Source: an uncultured Methanosarcinales archaeon (GTDB lineage: Archaea > Nanobdellota > Nanobdellia > Woesearchaeales > UBA10107). Taken from it: DNA of 64,000 nt. The stretch spans positions 323,046-387,045 of the forward strand of contig OZ246410.1 of NCBI GenBank assembly GCA_965231065.1, in the 5' to 3' direction. The notes under the pieces were generated by a model. That model was not told the DNA's origin. It did no database searches and was given only the letters and a program-made list of their open reading frames with translations. The translations under genes and the position numbers were made by a program. Shown here piece by piece: positions 46,003 to 55,978 of the stretch. Position 1 is the first letter of the stretch, and each line of letters opens with the position of its first letter.

Positions 46003-46536
46003 ATGGAAATCGAACGAATAAAACAGATCCGAAGATCATTGGGAATCACCCAGCATGAGCTCGCGAATCTTGCGCAGGTATCCCAATCACTCATAGCAAA
46101 ATTAGAATCAGGAGCTCTTGACCCTTCCTACTCAAAGGCAAAGCAAATAATAAATGCTCTTCAAACGCTTGAAGGAAAGAAAGAACAGATTGTCAGGGAT
46201 ATCATGCACGAGAAGATCATCTCTTGCAGTCCGGATGATGAAGTCAAAGATGTGATACGTCTGCTGTCAAAACATGCTATTTCTCAAATACCAGTCATCG
46301 AACATAAGCACGTCATAGGAATCATAACAGAATCAGACGTCATCAAGAATCTTGAGCATAACAAAAAGCATGTCAGAGATATCATGAGTGATGCACCGCC
46401 GGTATTGAATCAGAATACAAAACTCAGTGTCGCGAAAGAACTGCTCAAGTATCAACCCTTACTAATAATCTCTGAGAAGGGAATTATCAAAGGAATTGTA
46501 ACGAAGGCTGATCTTATCAAGAAACTGAACCAGTAG
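46003..46536 (+). CDS. Transcriptional regulator: XRE-type HTH domain fused to a CBS-domain pair
   Basis: LGITQHELANLAQVSQSLIAKLESG (HTH_3); two CBS repeats (IMHEKIISCSPDD..., VRDIMSDAPPVL...). Confidence 0.7.
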   Translation: MEIERIKQIRRSLGITQHELANLAQVSQSLIAKLESGALDPSYSKAKQIINALQTLEGKKEQIVRDIMHEKIISCSPDDEVKDVIRLLSKHAISQIPVIEHKHVIGIITESDVIKNLEHNKKHVRDIMSDAPPVLNQNTKLSVAKELLKYQPLLIISEKGIIKGIVTKADLIKKLNQ

Positions 46537-47131
46537 TCATATTATCAACATTGATTGCACTGCTTGGCTTGCAGTATTCTTCTGGTATCGTATAGACGTG
46601 CTGATTCTTGCAGGCGTAGTCGACACCGTTGATGTTTTCTACCGGCAATATCTCAAGGTACGTCACTCTGCCGATCTCTTTCACGAGATCTTCATAATTG
46701 ATAGCATACGTTCGAATACCACCTGGCACGAGATGTTCTGTTCTCTTGACATTCTTTGTGCCGCCTGATTCTCCGGTATAGAGTAACCACAGTGCAGGAA
46801 TCTCTACCTTTGCAGCACTGCCAATCTTAAGGTTGAAACTTGTCTTGGTATTGTCGTTCCATTTGCAGCCTCCATAGACGATTGTCGAGTATCTGCATGT
46901 CTTGCTGATGAGGAGTGTTTCGCTTTCAGGTTCAGGAGCAGTTATATTACTGACTATTGTTGTATTTGTCTTCTGCACTTCTTCCTTGGGTTTGTTTAAA
47001 TCAGGTGTCTGAGAAACAATCTTCTGTATGGACTGTTCGCTTTCAATATCCTTCTGGACGCACGCAGTAGCTATGAATGCAATAACTATCAACGCCATGA
47101 TGAACGCAGTTTTCATATTTTTAAATTTCAA
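46517..47131 (-). CDS. Secreted/lipoprotein-like hypothetical protein
   Basis: Signal MKTAFIMALIVIAFIATAC (lipobox-like Cys). Confidence 0.4.
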   Translation of the reverse strand: MKFKNMKTAFIMALIVIAFIATACVQKDIESEQSIQKIVSQTPDLNKPKEEVQKTNTTIVSNITAPEPESETLLISKTCRYSTIVYGGCKWNDNTKTSFNLKIGSAAKVEIPALWLLYTGESGGTKNVKRTEHLVPGGIRTYAINYEDLVKEIGRVTYLEILPVENINGVDYACKNQHVYTIPEEYCKPSSAINVDNMTTGSVS

Positions 47132-47190
47132 GCGTCTTCATTTATATACTTTGCGGCAATGTTTATTAATCGCTATCACTTTGCCATCGT

Positions 47191-48135
47191 ATGTTTGAAG
47201 ACATCATACATGCCATTGATTTCTCTACGCGTTTTGAAGGAGAAGAGGTTGATTTAGGTGCTTTGCATCACAAGACGATTCCTTTCTCTGAAAAGAATTT
47301 CAGGCATTTACCATCGCACGGTTCCGGCACCATCTCTTTTGTCGACGGGGGCAACGCAGAACTCTTGAGATCTCCTAGTTTCTCCCTGCAATTGTGCAGG
47401 GTTGCGCACGTTACCTATGACAAAGGAGAGCGCATCGAGCAAGAACGGAAAGAATTTTTTGTGTTAGTAACGATCATCAAAGGTTCCTTTGTCGTGAAGA
47501 CCTTCGGCGAAGATATCTCTTTTTCAGTGAGCATCGATGATGAGCATTTCAAGTCAGGAACATCAAGAGGCACTCCATCTTCTGTTGTCTCTGCGATACG
47601 GAGATTCGCTGAACTGAAACTTGCTGCATCTCTTAATGCAGATGTCATTGTCCTGGATGGTTCGTTGCAGCAGACCTATCCATTCGAAGATAAATTCATG
47701 CGTGAATTGTATAAGAAAAAAGTAATTGGTTTCTGCAAGACATCTTCAGTATTGACAAAGTCAGGCAATTCCGCTCTTGCGTTGATGAATCTGCATAAAG
47801 GTGCATTTGTCTATCATCCGGTCGCAGAACTCTCTGATCTTACCTATCAGGCTCACATCTGCTTTGTACGATTGCATGAAAAATCAAACTATGTCTTCAA
47901 GATTGATTTTCATGGCAAGATCGATGATACGGTTCTTGCGCTCTTAGCAGAGAATTCCAGAGATCCTGTATTCTTGGGGTATCCGTATGGATTGGTGCTT
48001 GCAGATAAGCTCGCGAGAGTCTCGAATGATGAACTGGAGTACTACAAGACGAAGTTCATTTCTCAGATAAAGAACGATGACTTATTGAGATATCTGAATG
48101 CCTTGAACGCCCATGATGTGCTTGATCATGTCTAG
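47191..48135 (+). CDS. nurA: NurA-like 5'-3' nuclease domain protein (standalone; no adjacent HerA)
   Basis: ISFVDGGNAEL (NurA motif I, xDGS/G), DVIVLDGSLQQ (motif like LMDGSL), and the C-terminal GYPYGLVLADKLARVS motif. Confidence 0.45.
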   Translation: MFEDIIHAIDFSTRFEGEEVDLGALHHKTIPFSEKNFRHLPSHGSGTISFVDGGNAELLRSPSFSLQLCRVAHVTYDKGERIEQERKEFFVLVTIIKGSFVVKTFGEDISFSVSIDDEHFKSGTSRGTPSSVVSAIRRFAELKLAASLNADVIVLDGSLQQTYPFEDKFMRELYKKKVIGFCKTSSVLTKSGNSALALMNLHKGAFVYHPVAELSDLTYQAHICFVRLHEKSNYVFKIDFHGKIDDTVLALLAENSRDPVFLGYPYGLVLADKLARVSNDELEYYKTKFISQIKNDDLLRYLNALNAHDVLDHV

Positions 48136-48401
48136 TGTTTCTGTTTCTCTTTCGCGCTAAAGAATTCTCCCCTGAATAATTGACCGATGATACTCAGCAA
48201 TGTAACGATGAATCCGATGCCTGCGATAATATTGGTCATCAATTTCAGTGTTGGTATGATGTCACAGTAGCCGCCGACATCAGGACAATATCCCGCTGAA
48301 ACAGAATCCATGAATCTGAATACCAGATTAGCTTCACTTGGTATGGCAAGATGAAGCATAAGTATCAAGACAATCAATGACGGTATCGCGCCGAGTTTCA
48401 T
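48132..48401 (-). CDS. Small membrane protein (signal/TM, CxC pair, C-terminal TM)
   Basis: 89-aa ORF, hydrophobic N- and C-termini; weak. Confidence 0.25.
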   Translation of the reverse strand: MKLGAIPSLIVLILMLHLAIPSEANLVFRFMDSVSAGYCPDVGGYCDIIPTLKLMTNIIAGIGFIVTLLSIIGQLFRGEFFSAKEKQKH

Positions 48402-48454
48402 GTATATCTATGTTTACAAACCTTTTTAAATACTTTACCCTTTAAATTTCATAG

Positions 48455-50710
48455 GTGATACACATCAATCGCATCAAGTGGTTCAAAGAGATTTCTAAGG
48501 ACGATATCGCTTCAGTAGGCGGCAAAGGAGCGAATCTGGGCGAGATGTACAATATGAAATTACCCATCCCGCCAGGATTCTTCGTAACTGCACAAACATA
48601 CAAGGAATTTATCGAAAAGACAGGTATTGTTTCCGAGATCAAGCGCTTATTGTCAAATATGGACGTCGAAAATACAGCTGATTTGCAATCCAAAGCAAAT
48701 CAGGTTCAAAAATTAATAGTCACGACACCGGTCACACATGAGATCCAGGAAGATATTCTTGAAGCGTATGCCGCATTGAACACTGAAGATGTCTTTGCCA
48801 AAGGAAATGATGTCTTTGTCGCAGTGAGGAGTTCTGCGACTGCAGAAGATCTTCCGGAAGCATCGTTCGCAGGACAACAGGCGACGTATCTGAATGTCAA
48901 AGGGAAAGATCAATTGATCAAAGCGATCAGGATGTGCTGGGCTTCATTGTTCACCGCCCGAGCGATCTATTACAGGACGAAGAATAAATTCGATCACCTG
49001 AAAGTCCTGATCTCTGTTGTTATTCAGAAGATGGTAAATTCAGAGCAGGCAGGCGTCATGTTCACGGTCAATCCATCGACCAACAACAGAGGAGAGACTG
49101 TCATCGAAGCAGTCCATGGATTAGGAGAGACCGCTGTCTCAGGCGAAGTCAATCCTGATATCTACATCATCGACAAAGAAGAATTAATGATCAAGACACG
49201 GACATTGAAGATGCAGCAATGGGGATTATTCAGGGATAAAGATGGTAAAAATGTGAAACTTTCCATCCCTGAAAAAACTGACAAACAGCAGGTCATCACT
49301 GATGAAGAGATCCTTCAGCTCGCGACATACGGTAAACAATTGGAGGAGCATTATGGAAGGCCACAGGATGTCGAATGGGCAATCGAGAAGAGCAAGGTAT
49401 ACATTGTCCAGACGAGAGCAGTCACAACATTAAAATCAAGAGAAGTAGGAGCAGAAGTTCCTGGCGAAGCGATCGTTCGCGGTCAGACCGCTTCGACTGG
49501 TGTCGCTTCTGGCACAGTTAAAATCGTCAAGCGTATGGAAGACCTTGACAAAGTGCTTGAAGGAGATATTCTTGTTACGACGATGACAAATCCTGATATG
49601 GTTGTTGCCATGAAAAAGGCGGCAGCGATCGTGACTGATGAAGGCGGCATCACTGCTCATGCAGCGATTGTCTCAAGAGAAATGGGCATTCCGTGCATTG
49701 TCGGTACTGAAAACGCCACTCAAGTCTTGAATGATGGCATTATCGTTACGGTGGATGCGACGCACGGCAAGGTTGTCTTTGGCAGAGTTGTTGCTGAGAA
49801 AACAAAACAAGAGATTAGACAAAAGGTGTCTACAAAGACAAAATTAAAATTAATACTTGATTTGCCTGATTTCGCAGAAGTTGCTGCAAAAACAGGAGCC
49901 GACGGCATCGGATTATTTAGACTGGAGATATTGATTGGAGAGAATGGCATACACCCCGCTGAATACATCAGACAGAATAAAGACGAGGAATACACCAATA
50001 TGCTTGTCATGCAATTAAAGAAAGTCGGCGAAGCGTTCAAAGGCAAACCAATCTGGGTGAGGACTTCTGATATGCGTACGGATGAATATCGAGGTTTGCG
50101 CGGCGGCGATCAGGAACCGCATGAAGCGAATCCGATGATCGGCTGGCACGGCATCAGACGAGGTTTGGATCAGTCAAGAATTTTACGAGCAGAATTTAAT
50201 GCCATCAAGAAATTACATGAGAAAGGATATACTAACTTTGGCATTATGATCCCCTTCGTGATTCGAGTTGAAGAACTGAGAAAAGCAAAGGAGATATTCA
50301 GATCATTGGGAGTAGAGCCTGTTTCAGACATCCCATTCGGTGTCATGATCGAGACGCCTGCTTCGTGCTGGATCATCGAAGATATCTGCAAAGAAGGTAT
50401 CTCGTTTGTTTCCTTTGGCACGAATGATCTGACACAATTGACGTTAGGTATCGACCGAGATAATGAGAAAATAGCTAAATTATTTGATGAGATGCATCCT
50501 GCGGTCTTAGGCGAGATGCTTGGTGTCGTGAACATGTGCAAGAAATACAATGTGGAGACTTCGTTGTGCGGCCAATCTGGATCCAGACCTGAAATGGCAA
50601 AATTCTTAGTCATGATTGGTATCAATTCCATCGCGGTCAACAGAGATGCAATCTATGTGACGAGTGAAATTGTTCAGAAAGCAGAGGCAGAGCATAATGT
50701 TGCCATATGA
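48455..50710 (+). CDS. ppsA: Phosphoenolpyruvate synthase (pyruvate, water dikinase)
   Basis: GTG start 27 nt downstream of a TTTTTAAATA TATA box; VGGKGANLGEM; the phospho-His domain GGITAHAAIVSREMGIPCIVG; a C-terminal PEP-utilizing TIM barrel. Confidence 0.85.
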   Translation: MIHINRIKWFKEISKDDIASVGGKGANLGEMYNMKLPIPPGFFVTAQTYKEFIEKTGIVSEIKRLLSNMDVENTADLQSKANQVQKLIVTTPVTHEIQEDILEAYAALNTEDVFAKGNDVFVAVRSSATAEDLPEASFAGQQATYLNVKGKDQLIKAIRMCWASLFTARAIYYRTKNKFDHLKVLISVVIQKMVNSEQAGVMFTVNPSTNNRGETVIEAVHGLGETAVSGEVNPDIYIIDKEELMIKTRTLKMQQWGLFRDKDGKNVKLSIPEKTDKQQVITDEEILQLATYGKQLEEHYGRPQDVEWAIEKSKVYIVQTRAVTTLKSREVGAEVPGEAIVRGQTASTGVASGTVKIVKRMEDLDKVLEGDILVTTMTNPDMVVAMKKAAAIVTDEGGITAHAAIVSREMGIPCIVGTENATQVLNDGIIVTVDATHGKVVFGRVVAEKTKQEIRQKVSTKTKLKLILDLPDFAEVAAKTGADGIGLFRLEILIGENGIHPAEYIRQNKDEEYTNMLVMQLKKVGEAFKGKPIWVRTSDMRTDEYRGLRGGDQEPHEANPMIGWHGIRRGLDQSRILRAEFNAIKKLHEKGYTNFGIMIPFVIRVEELRKAKEIFRSLGVEPVSDIPFGVMIETPASCWIIEDICKEGISFVSFGTNDLTQLTLGIDRDNEKIAKLFDEMHPAVLGEMLGVVNMCKKYNVETSLCGQSGSRPEMAKFLVMIGINSIAVNRDAIYVTSEIVQKAEAEHNVAI

Positions 50711-51128
50711 GCACGCGTTGTATGGTTTGATTGTTGCCGTTGTTCTGTTTTTATTCCATTTGATTCCATTAACAGGCGCGTTGATACTCTGGCTAGTCTC
50801 ATTTCTTATTGATGTCGATCACTATGCGTTCTATGTATTGGCAAAACACGATTTTAATCTGAGACGTGCGTATCATTTCTTTGCTCATCAGGATAAGAGT
50901 TATTACAAACAAAAGAGTGAGTATCGCGCTCCATTGTGCGCATTTCACACTGTAGAAGTTCTATTGTTAGTGATTGTCTTGTCTTTCTATTACAAAATCG
51001 CACTTTACATCTTGATTGGTATGCTGTTGCACTTCATCGGTGATTTCTATCACACCATCATCCTGATGAAAGCACCGCGATTGAGAAGATACACTATTTT
51101 TAATTTCATAAAAGAAAAGTTATTCTAA
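50697..51128 (+). CDS. Membrane-bound metal-dependent hydrolase-like protein (DUF457/YdjM-like)
   Basis: Start trimmed to MLPYEHALYG, overlapping the ppsA stop; 4 TM helices; conserved His/Asp (IDVDHYAFY, HFIGDFYH). Confidence 0.4.
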   Translation: MLPYEHALYGLIVAVVLFLFHLIPLTGALILWLVSFLIDVDHYAFYVLAKHDFNLRRAYHFFAHQDKSYYKQKSEYRAPLCAFHTVEVLLLVIVLSFYYKIALYILIGMLLHFIGDFYHTIILMKAPRLRRYTIFNFIKEKLF

Positions 51129-52061
51129 GACGTATATCTCTCTGCTCAGTGAGCCATGCACATAGTTTGTATAGTGTCCTTTTATTTTCAATTTACTCTT
51201 CATCAGCAGCTTTTTAGCATTGAAAAAGCTCGGGAATATCACGACAGCTCGTTTTTTCAATATTTTCTCTAGATTCTTGATGAATTTCGCATACAGATCT
51301 TTTCCAATATTCTTTGTATTCTTACCATACGGCAGGTCAGTCACGATGTAGTCATATTTCTTCTTTATTACAGTAGCATCCTGGTGAAACAGTGAATATC
51401 TGGTAATATTGTAGTGCTGCAGATTCTTTGCGCATAACCGAACGTACTCTCTGTCAAGATCAGAGCCAATCGCCTGTAATCCCATCAAGCCTGCTTCAAT
51501 GAGGAAGCCGCCAAGGCCGCAGAACGGGTCGTAGACTGACTTTGTAGCACCGGTCAGGTTGACACAGACCCGTGCTAATTTCGGATTCATGCTGAATGGC
51601 TTTGTCTCAGGTCTTAGATGAGGCTTCCGGGATGAAAATTTCTCTGAATTTTCCCATTCTGGCACAAATAGGTAGAATTTCTTCTTTGTTTTTACGATGA
51701 CGATCTTCGTTCCCGGACTGTCCAAGTCGACTCTTGGATGCTTCAAGAGGTCATAGATCATGCCGCCGAACTTCCTGCCGAGACTGTGAGAGGCTTCCTT
51801 CTTCTCAAACACCGTGACTGCAAAGCTTTCTTTGATGAGTTTATTCCAGTTGAATGACTTAATTTTCTTCTCTATGTCCTTGTGTATCACTTCAAAGAGC
51901 AACGAACCGATCAATCGGGTGTACGCAAGTCTATCGGTTGTCTTTTTCGTATTTACCAACAGGACATTTTCGTCCACTTTTCCTGTACCGATCAATGCAG
52001 CTACCTCTGCTTCTGCGAGGGGAATGTTCTCTTTAGAAAGAAAAAATAACTTCATTTCCAT
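51120..52061 (-). CDS. tRNA (guanine10-N2)-methyltransferase, Trm11/archaeal Trm-G10 family (THUMP + class I MTase)
   Basis: DPFCGLGGFLIEA (SAM motif I); VTDLPYG (D/NPPY-like motif IV); N-terminal THUMP-like region. Confidence 0.7.
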   Translation of the reverse strand: MEMKLFFLSKENIPLAEAEVAALIGTGKVDENVLLVNTKKTTDRLAYTRLIGSLLFEVIHKDIEKKIKSFNWNKLIKESFAVTVFEKKEASHSLGRKFGGMIYDLLKHPRVDLDSPGTKIVIVKTKKKFYLFVPEWENSEKFSSRKPHLRPETKPFSMNPKLARVCVNLTGATKSVYDPFCGLGGFLIEAGLMGLQAIGSDLDREYVRLCAKNLQHYNITRYSLFHQDATVIKKKYDYIVTDLPYGKNTKNIGKDLYAKFIKNLEKILKKRAVVIFPSFFNAKKLLMKSKLKIKGHYTNYVHGSLSREIYVLE

Positions 52062-52146
52062 TGAAAATCAACATTCTGTTTATAAAAGTTGCCATATTGC
52101 AAATAAATCAAAATCTTTAAAAAGCATCAAATGAATTATAATCGTT

Positions 52147-52455
52147 ATGGGGCGAGGAAGACCAGTTAAGTCAACCATCAGGCAAAATATCGTAGAGATT
52201 CTCAACGTGAAGGGTGAGCTCTATGGGTATGATATCTATAGAATCTATAGGGAAATCTTCCCAACCATCACTCTACGTTCTATCTATTATCATCTGAAGA
52301 AAGGACTCACGACCGGGGAATTCGTCGTCAAAGAAGTCAGGAAAGAGAAAGGTTCATTTTCCTGGGGTGGCGAGACCGAGAAGATCTATTACACTCTTGG
52401 TCCAAAAGCGCAGCCACGAGGCGAACAGCGCGTGAAGGATTATTTTAAGAAATAA
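52147..52455 (+). CDS. Small winged-helix DNA-binding protein
   Basis: 102 aa; GYDIYRIYREIFPTITLRSIYYHLKKGLTTGEFV helix-turn-wing pattern. Confidence 0.4.
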   Translation: MGRGRPVKSTIRQNIVEILNVKGELYGYDIYRIYREIFPTITLRSIYYHLKKGLTTGEFVVKEVRKEKGSFSWGGETEKIYYTLGPKAQPRGEQRVKDYFKK

Positions 52456-52830
52456 TTACTGTATTTGTCTGTATTTGATGTTATTCTCAGAGAGCTTAAA
52501 TGTCTTTACCACATAGTCCTTTACCTTTTCATAATCATATCGTTTACAGGAGAATACATCGACACAGATCTCGTTCGCCGGTACAAAGGTATGGATTGCG
52601 ATATGTGAGAAGTCGACAATAGTGAATCCAGTGATGCCAGGATTGATGGGGAGTCCTTCAATAACAACAGGTCCATGAAGAATCTGCATCTCGCAGAGGT
52701 TAGCTATGTCTCGTAATGCCTGTTCAACTCGTTTCTTATCGGTGATTATCTTAGGATCACAGTTGACTGCGTCAACAATGATATGAAATCGCCGCTCAGA
52801 TTTCTGTTCTGCGACAAGTTTTTGTTTCAT
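52456..52830 (-). CDS. speH: Pyruvoyl-dependent S-adenosylmethionine decarboxylase proenzyme, class 1b (SpeH-like; could also be an arginine decarboxylase paralog)
   Basis: HIIVDAVNCDPKI...GFTIVDFSHIAIHTFVP...VDVFSCK matches H(L)IVEFYGCD...LAESHLSIHTWPE...VDVFTCG. The serinolysis-site Ser is present but is preceded by Phe, not Glu. Confidence 0.65.
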   Translation of the reverse strand: MKQKLVAEQKSERRFHIIVDAVNCDPKIITDKKRVEQALRDIANLCEMQILHGPVVIEGLPINPGITGFTIVDFSHIAIHTFVPANEICVDVFSCKRYDYEKVKDYVVKTFKLSENNIKYRQIQ

Positions 52831-52891
52831 CTTTTATTTTTTCAATGTATGTGGGCGCTTATTTATAAAAATATCTTTTTTGAGAAATTTT

Positions 52892-54070
52892 TCAGAAAAA
52901 TCCAGTGAACAGAGTTATCATGATGATCGCAAAGAAAAACATACTGACAAAGCTCCACCATTTCATCGCTGTCTTTTCATTCTTGAATATTGCTCTGAAG
53001 AGTTCCCGTGACATCTGTCCGCCGTCAACAGGTCCGATTGGAACCAGATTGAAGAGTCCGATTCCCAGACTGAGCGCGTACAGCCAGTACAGAAGCCCCA
53101 TGAACCATAAAATAACCAAAGCGGTAATTGATCCATATTTCGCTTCGAAACTCGGTTTGATCGACTGATCCTGGCTTACCAGAACTCCCAGATATGGTTT
53201 AGAAGCATTTTGGGGATCAGGACCTAACATTATATTGAATGTGCCGTTGGTGGTCATTACATTGACTGTATCGCCTACTTTTTTAGTTTTTAGCGCCGCT
53301 GAAAGATTATCGACGGTGAGAATCTCTATGTCATCTACTGCTTTGATCGTCGAACCTTGCATGACTCCTGCCATCTGTGCAGATGAGTTCTCGCCGCTGA
53401 ATCCTTCGATCTGGGTGCCTTCATATTGTATGATGTTGGATGCAACCGGCACACTCAATAAGATGAACAGAACCAAAAATAAGCCTCCGGTGAGGATATT
53501 TGAGAATGGACCCGCTGCAAAGACTGATAATTTCTGCATTTTGGTCCGTTTTGCCAGGGTTTTCTCATCTGGTTCTACAAATGCAGCAGGGATGACTGGT
53601 ACCAAGACGCCTAAAAAGGCAAATCCTGATGATTTGATCGGAACGTTATGCAACCGTGCTACAACACCGTGACAGAACTCATGAATGGTTGCTATGAAAA
53701 AGATCGAGATGATCCAATAGAAGAATGGTACATAGAAGCCGCCTTTGACCTTGAATGGCAGGACTAATGAGACGCTTGCTGCTGCAGCGGGAGCCAAAAA
53801 GATATCAAGCAACCCTTTGATAAGGAGCCATGCGATGACGAAGATACCGAGTGTTCCGATATACACGCCTGCTTTTGAGAGAAAATCAACCAATTTCGGA
53901 TGTTTCTTGGAGATGGAATCCATCTGTTTCAGTCCAAGCTTAGTCTTATACATTGCAAAATACAAAAGTGGCCACAAAATCTTCTGTACTTGAAGTTTTT
54001 CTCTGTTTTTGATCAAAAAGAGGCTTAACAGAACCAGAAAGGTGATCGATGCGAGTGATTCTATGCTCAT
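52892..54070 (-). CDS. Site-2 protease (M50 family, RseP-like) with PDZ domain
   Basis: HEFCHGVVARL (HExxH) in a TM helix; PDZ-like region GENSSAQMAGVMQGSTIKAVDDIE; LFNLVPIGPVDGG (LDG motif). Confidence 0.75.
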   Translation of the reverse strand: MSIESLASITFLVLLSLFLIKNREKLQVQKILWPLLYFAMYKTKLGLKQMDSISKKHPKLVDFLSKAGVYIGTLGIFVIAWLLIKGLLDIFLAPAAAASVSLVLPFKVKGGFYVPFFYWIISIFFIATIHEFCHGVVARLHNVPIKSSGFAFLGVLVPVIPAAFVEPDEKTLAKRTKMQKLSVFAAGPFSNILTGGLFLVLFILLSVPVASNIIQYEGTQIEGFSGENSSAQMAGVMQGSTIKAVDDIEILTVDNLSAALKTKKVGDTVNVMTTNGTFNIMLGPDPQNASKPYLGVLVSQDQSIKPSFEAKYGSITALVILWFMGLLYWLYALSLGIGLFNLVPIGPVDGGQMSRELFRAIFKNEKTAMKWWSFVSMFFFAIIMITLFTGFF

Positions 54071-54112
54071 TGTGTTTTTGTCTGAAACCTAATTTATAAA
54101 ACTTGTGGCGTT

Positions 54113-55978
54113 TTAAGAATACTTATTCAATATCTTTTCCCAGGATTCATCAGCGACATGGACAGAATCATTCTCTTCCTTTGCTGGCAAAGGCGTATAC
54201 AAAGAATCAACCATATTTGTAGTTACTGGCGATAATGGTACGTGAGAAAGCATTTTCAACAGCAATTCAGGCAATTTTATCTTCAACGGCGTCTTCTTTG
54301 TCATTTTACATATCTTATCAATAACTTCTTCGATGTTGACCCGTTTCTTTGAACCTAAATAGACTACCTTATGTTCAAATCGTTTATCGACAATTATATC
54401 GGTGATGTGCTCAACCAATGAATCAATATCAATCAACTCAAGATTTTTAGGCGTATTCGCCGGAATGGGAACAACGAATGCTCCTTTCTTTATTTTAGTA
54501 GCAAGTTTTGATATAAACGCTTCTCTGCTTATGACCTGTCCTGGCTTAAGGATAGTCCAATTTATTTTTTGTTTCTTAACCTGTTGTTCGGCAAGGTATT
54601 TGGATCTTCCATATATTCCTTTAGCAGATGCATGCGCTGCTTCACTGCCGAAGAACACGAATCGCTTGACTCCTTCACATGCTTTAGCAAGATTTGCTGT
54701 TCCATTAATATTTATTTTCTGATACTCTGATTTCTTGTATTTTCTTGAGGCAGTCAGCGCCGCTGCATGTATGACAATATCCTGCCCTTTTACGAATGAT
54801 GCAGGATCTGCAAGATCGCAGCGCATATATTCTATCCCTTCCGGAATCTTGCTGATATTTCTGCTATCATGGATGCCGCATCTCACGGTAAATCCTTTTT
54901 CCCAGAGTCTCTTGACTAGTCTGCTGCCAATCATACCGGTCGCTCCGGTGATGGCGACCTTGATGTTGTTCTTATGATGTTGTTCTTTTGGGATAGATGT
55001 TTTTCCTTTTTCAAATCGCTCTGGATTTATGTTCGTGATGTTCCAGATTCTTGTATCGTAGTCGACATAGACATCATCCAGCAGTGCAAGGATCTTTAAT
55101 GCAGGGGCGATTCCTGCTTTTGCACCAATGACTTCTAGTTTAGATCCGATGTTGATCAGGAATTTTGGAACTTCGAACTGCTTGGTTTTGAATCCGTTGT
55201 TCTTCCCGTAATTATGTACTAGTTCTCCCATGGATAGTGGGTGTTTATCATCGACATAGTAAATTGTATCATCCAGATCCTTATCAACAATATCTGCGAT
55301 GACAGATGCGACATCGCTCGCTTCGATGATACCTAATTTTCCAGGAGTTGATGGAATCGGTATCTTCTTAGCAAGATTAGCCATGCCTTTCACAGAGATC
55401 ATCAATCCCATGGATGAAGTTTTGCCGTATAAACTTCCTAGTCTTAAAATCACGGGCTTGAATCCGTATTTCTTGGAATATTCTGAGATCTTTTTTTCTG
55501 CCATCAACTTACTTAATCCATATGGCGCTATTTTCTTCAGCGTATTGAATGAAAATCCAGAATCAAGCATGGTGCTGCATGCTTTTGCCATCACGCTTGA
55601 AGTGAAAATAAAATTGACGCCTTTCAGCTTGTTTCCAAGCGCTTCCATGAACGAACTAAGAACTTCGACATTATCTTTGTGCAGCACCTCATATGTTGCG
55701 CCTTGATTGTTGTTTGCAGCCATGTACACGACTGCTAAAGGAGAATGAATATCCGTCAACGCTTTTCTGTAATCGTTGACATTCCCATGAGCGGGGTAGT
55801 TCATGGTCTTAACACCTAAACCTTCGTAATTCTCAATAAGTTTTTCTTCAGGGATGCCTTTGCCGGCCATCCTGATGGCTCCAGAATCTGGAATTAAGCA
55901 GAGAACCTTGTTTTTCTTAACGATCTTTGGAATCAGAAGAGAACCGAGAAAACCGGTAGATCCGGTTACAATAATCAT
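54113..55978 (-). CDS. Fusion of two NAD(P)-dependent epimerase/dehydratase (extended SDR) domains
   Basis: Domain 1 has IIVTGSTGFLGS...YGLSKLMAEK; domain 2 has KVAITGATGMIGS...YGRSKYLAEQ; a single continuous 621-aa ORF. Confidence 0.6.
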   Translation of the reverse strand: MIIVTGSTGFLGSLLIPKIVKKNKVLCLIPDSGAIRMAGKGIPEEKLIENYEGLGVKTMNYPAHGNVNDYRKALTDIHSPLAVVYMAANNNQGATYEVLHKDNVEVLSSFMEALGNKLKGVNFIFTSSVMAKACSTMLDSGFSFNTLKKIAPYGLSKLMAEKKISEYSKKYGFKPVILRLGSLYGKTSSMGLMISVKGMANLAKKIPIPSTPGKLGIIEASDVASVIADIVDKDLDDTIYYVDDKHPLSMGELVHNYGKNNGFKTKQFEVPKFLINIGSKLEVIGAKAGIAPALKILALLDDVYVDYDTRIWNITNINPERFEKGKTSIPKEQHHKNNIKVAITGATGMIGSRLVKRLWEKGFTVRCGIHDSRNISKIPEGIEYMRCDLADPASFVKGQDIVIHAAALTASRKYKKSEYQKININGTANLAKACEGVKRFVFFGSEAAHASAKGIYGRSKYLAEQQVKKQKINWTILKPGQVISREAFISKLATKIKKGAFVVPIPANTPKNLELIDIDSLVEHITDIIVDKRFEHKVVYLGSKKRVNIEEVIDKICKMTKKTPLKIKLPELLLKMLSHVPLSPVTTNMVDSLYTPLPAKEENDSVHVADESWEKILNKYS

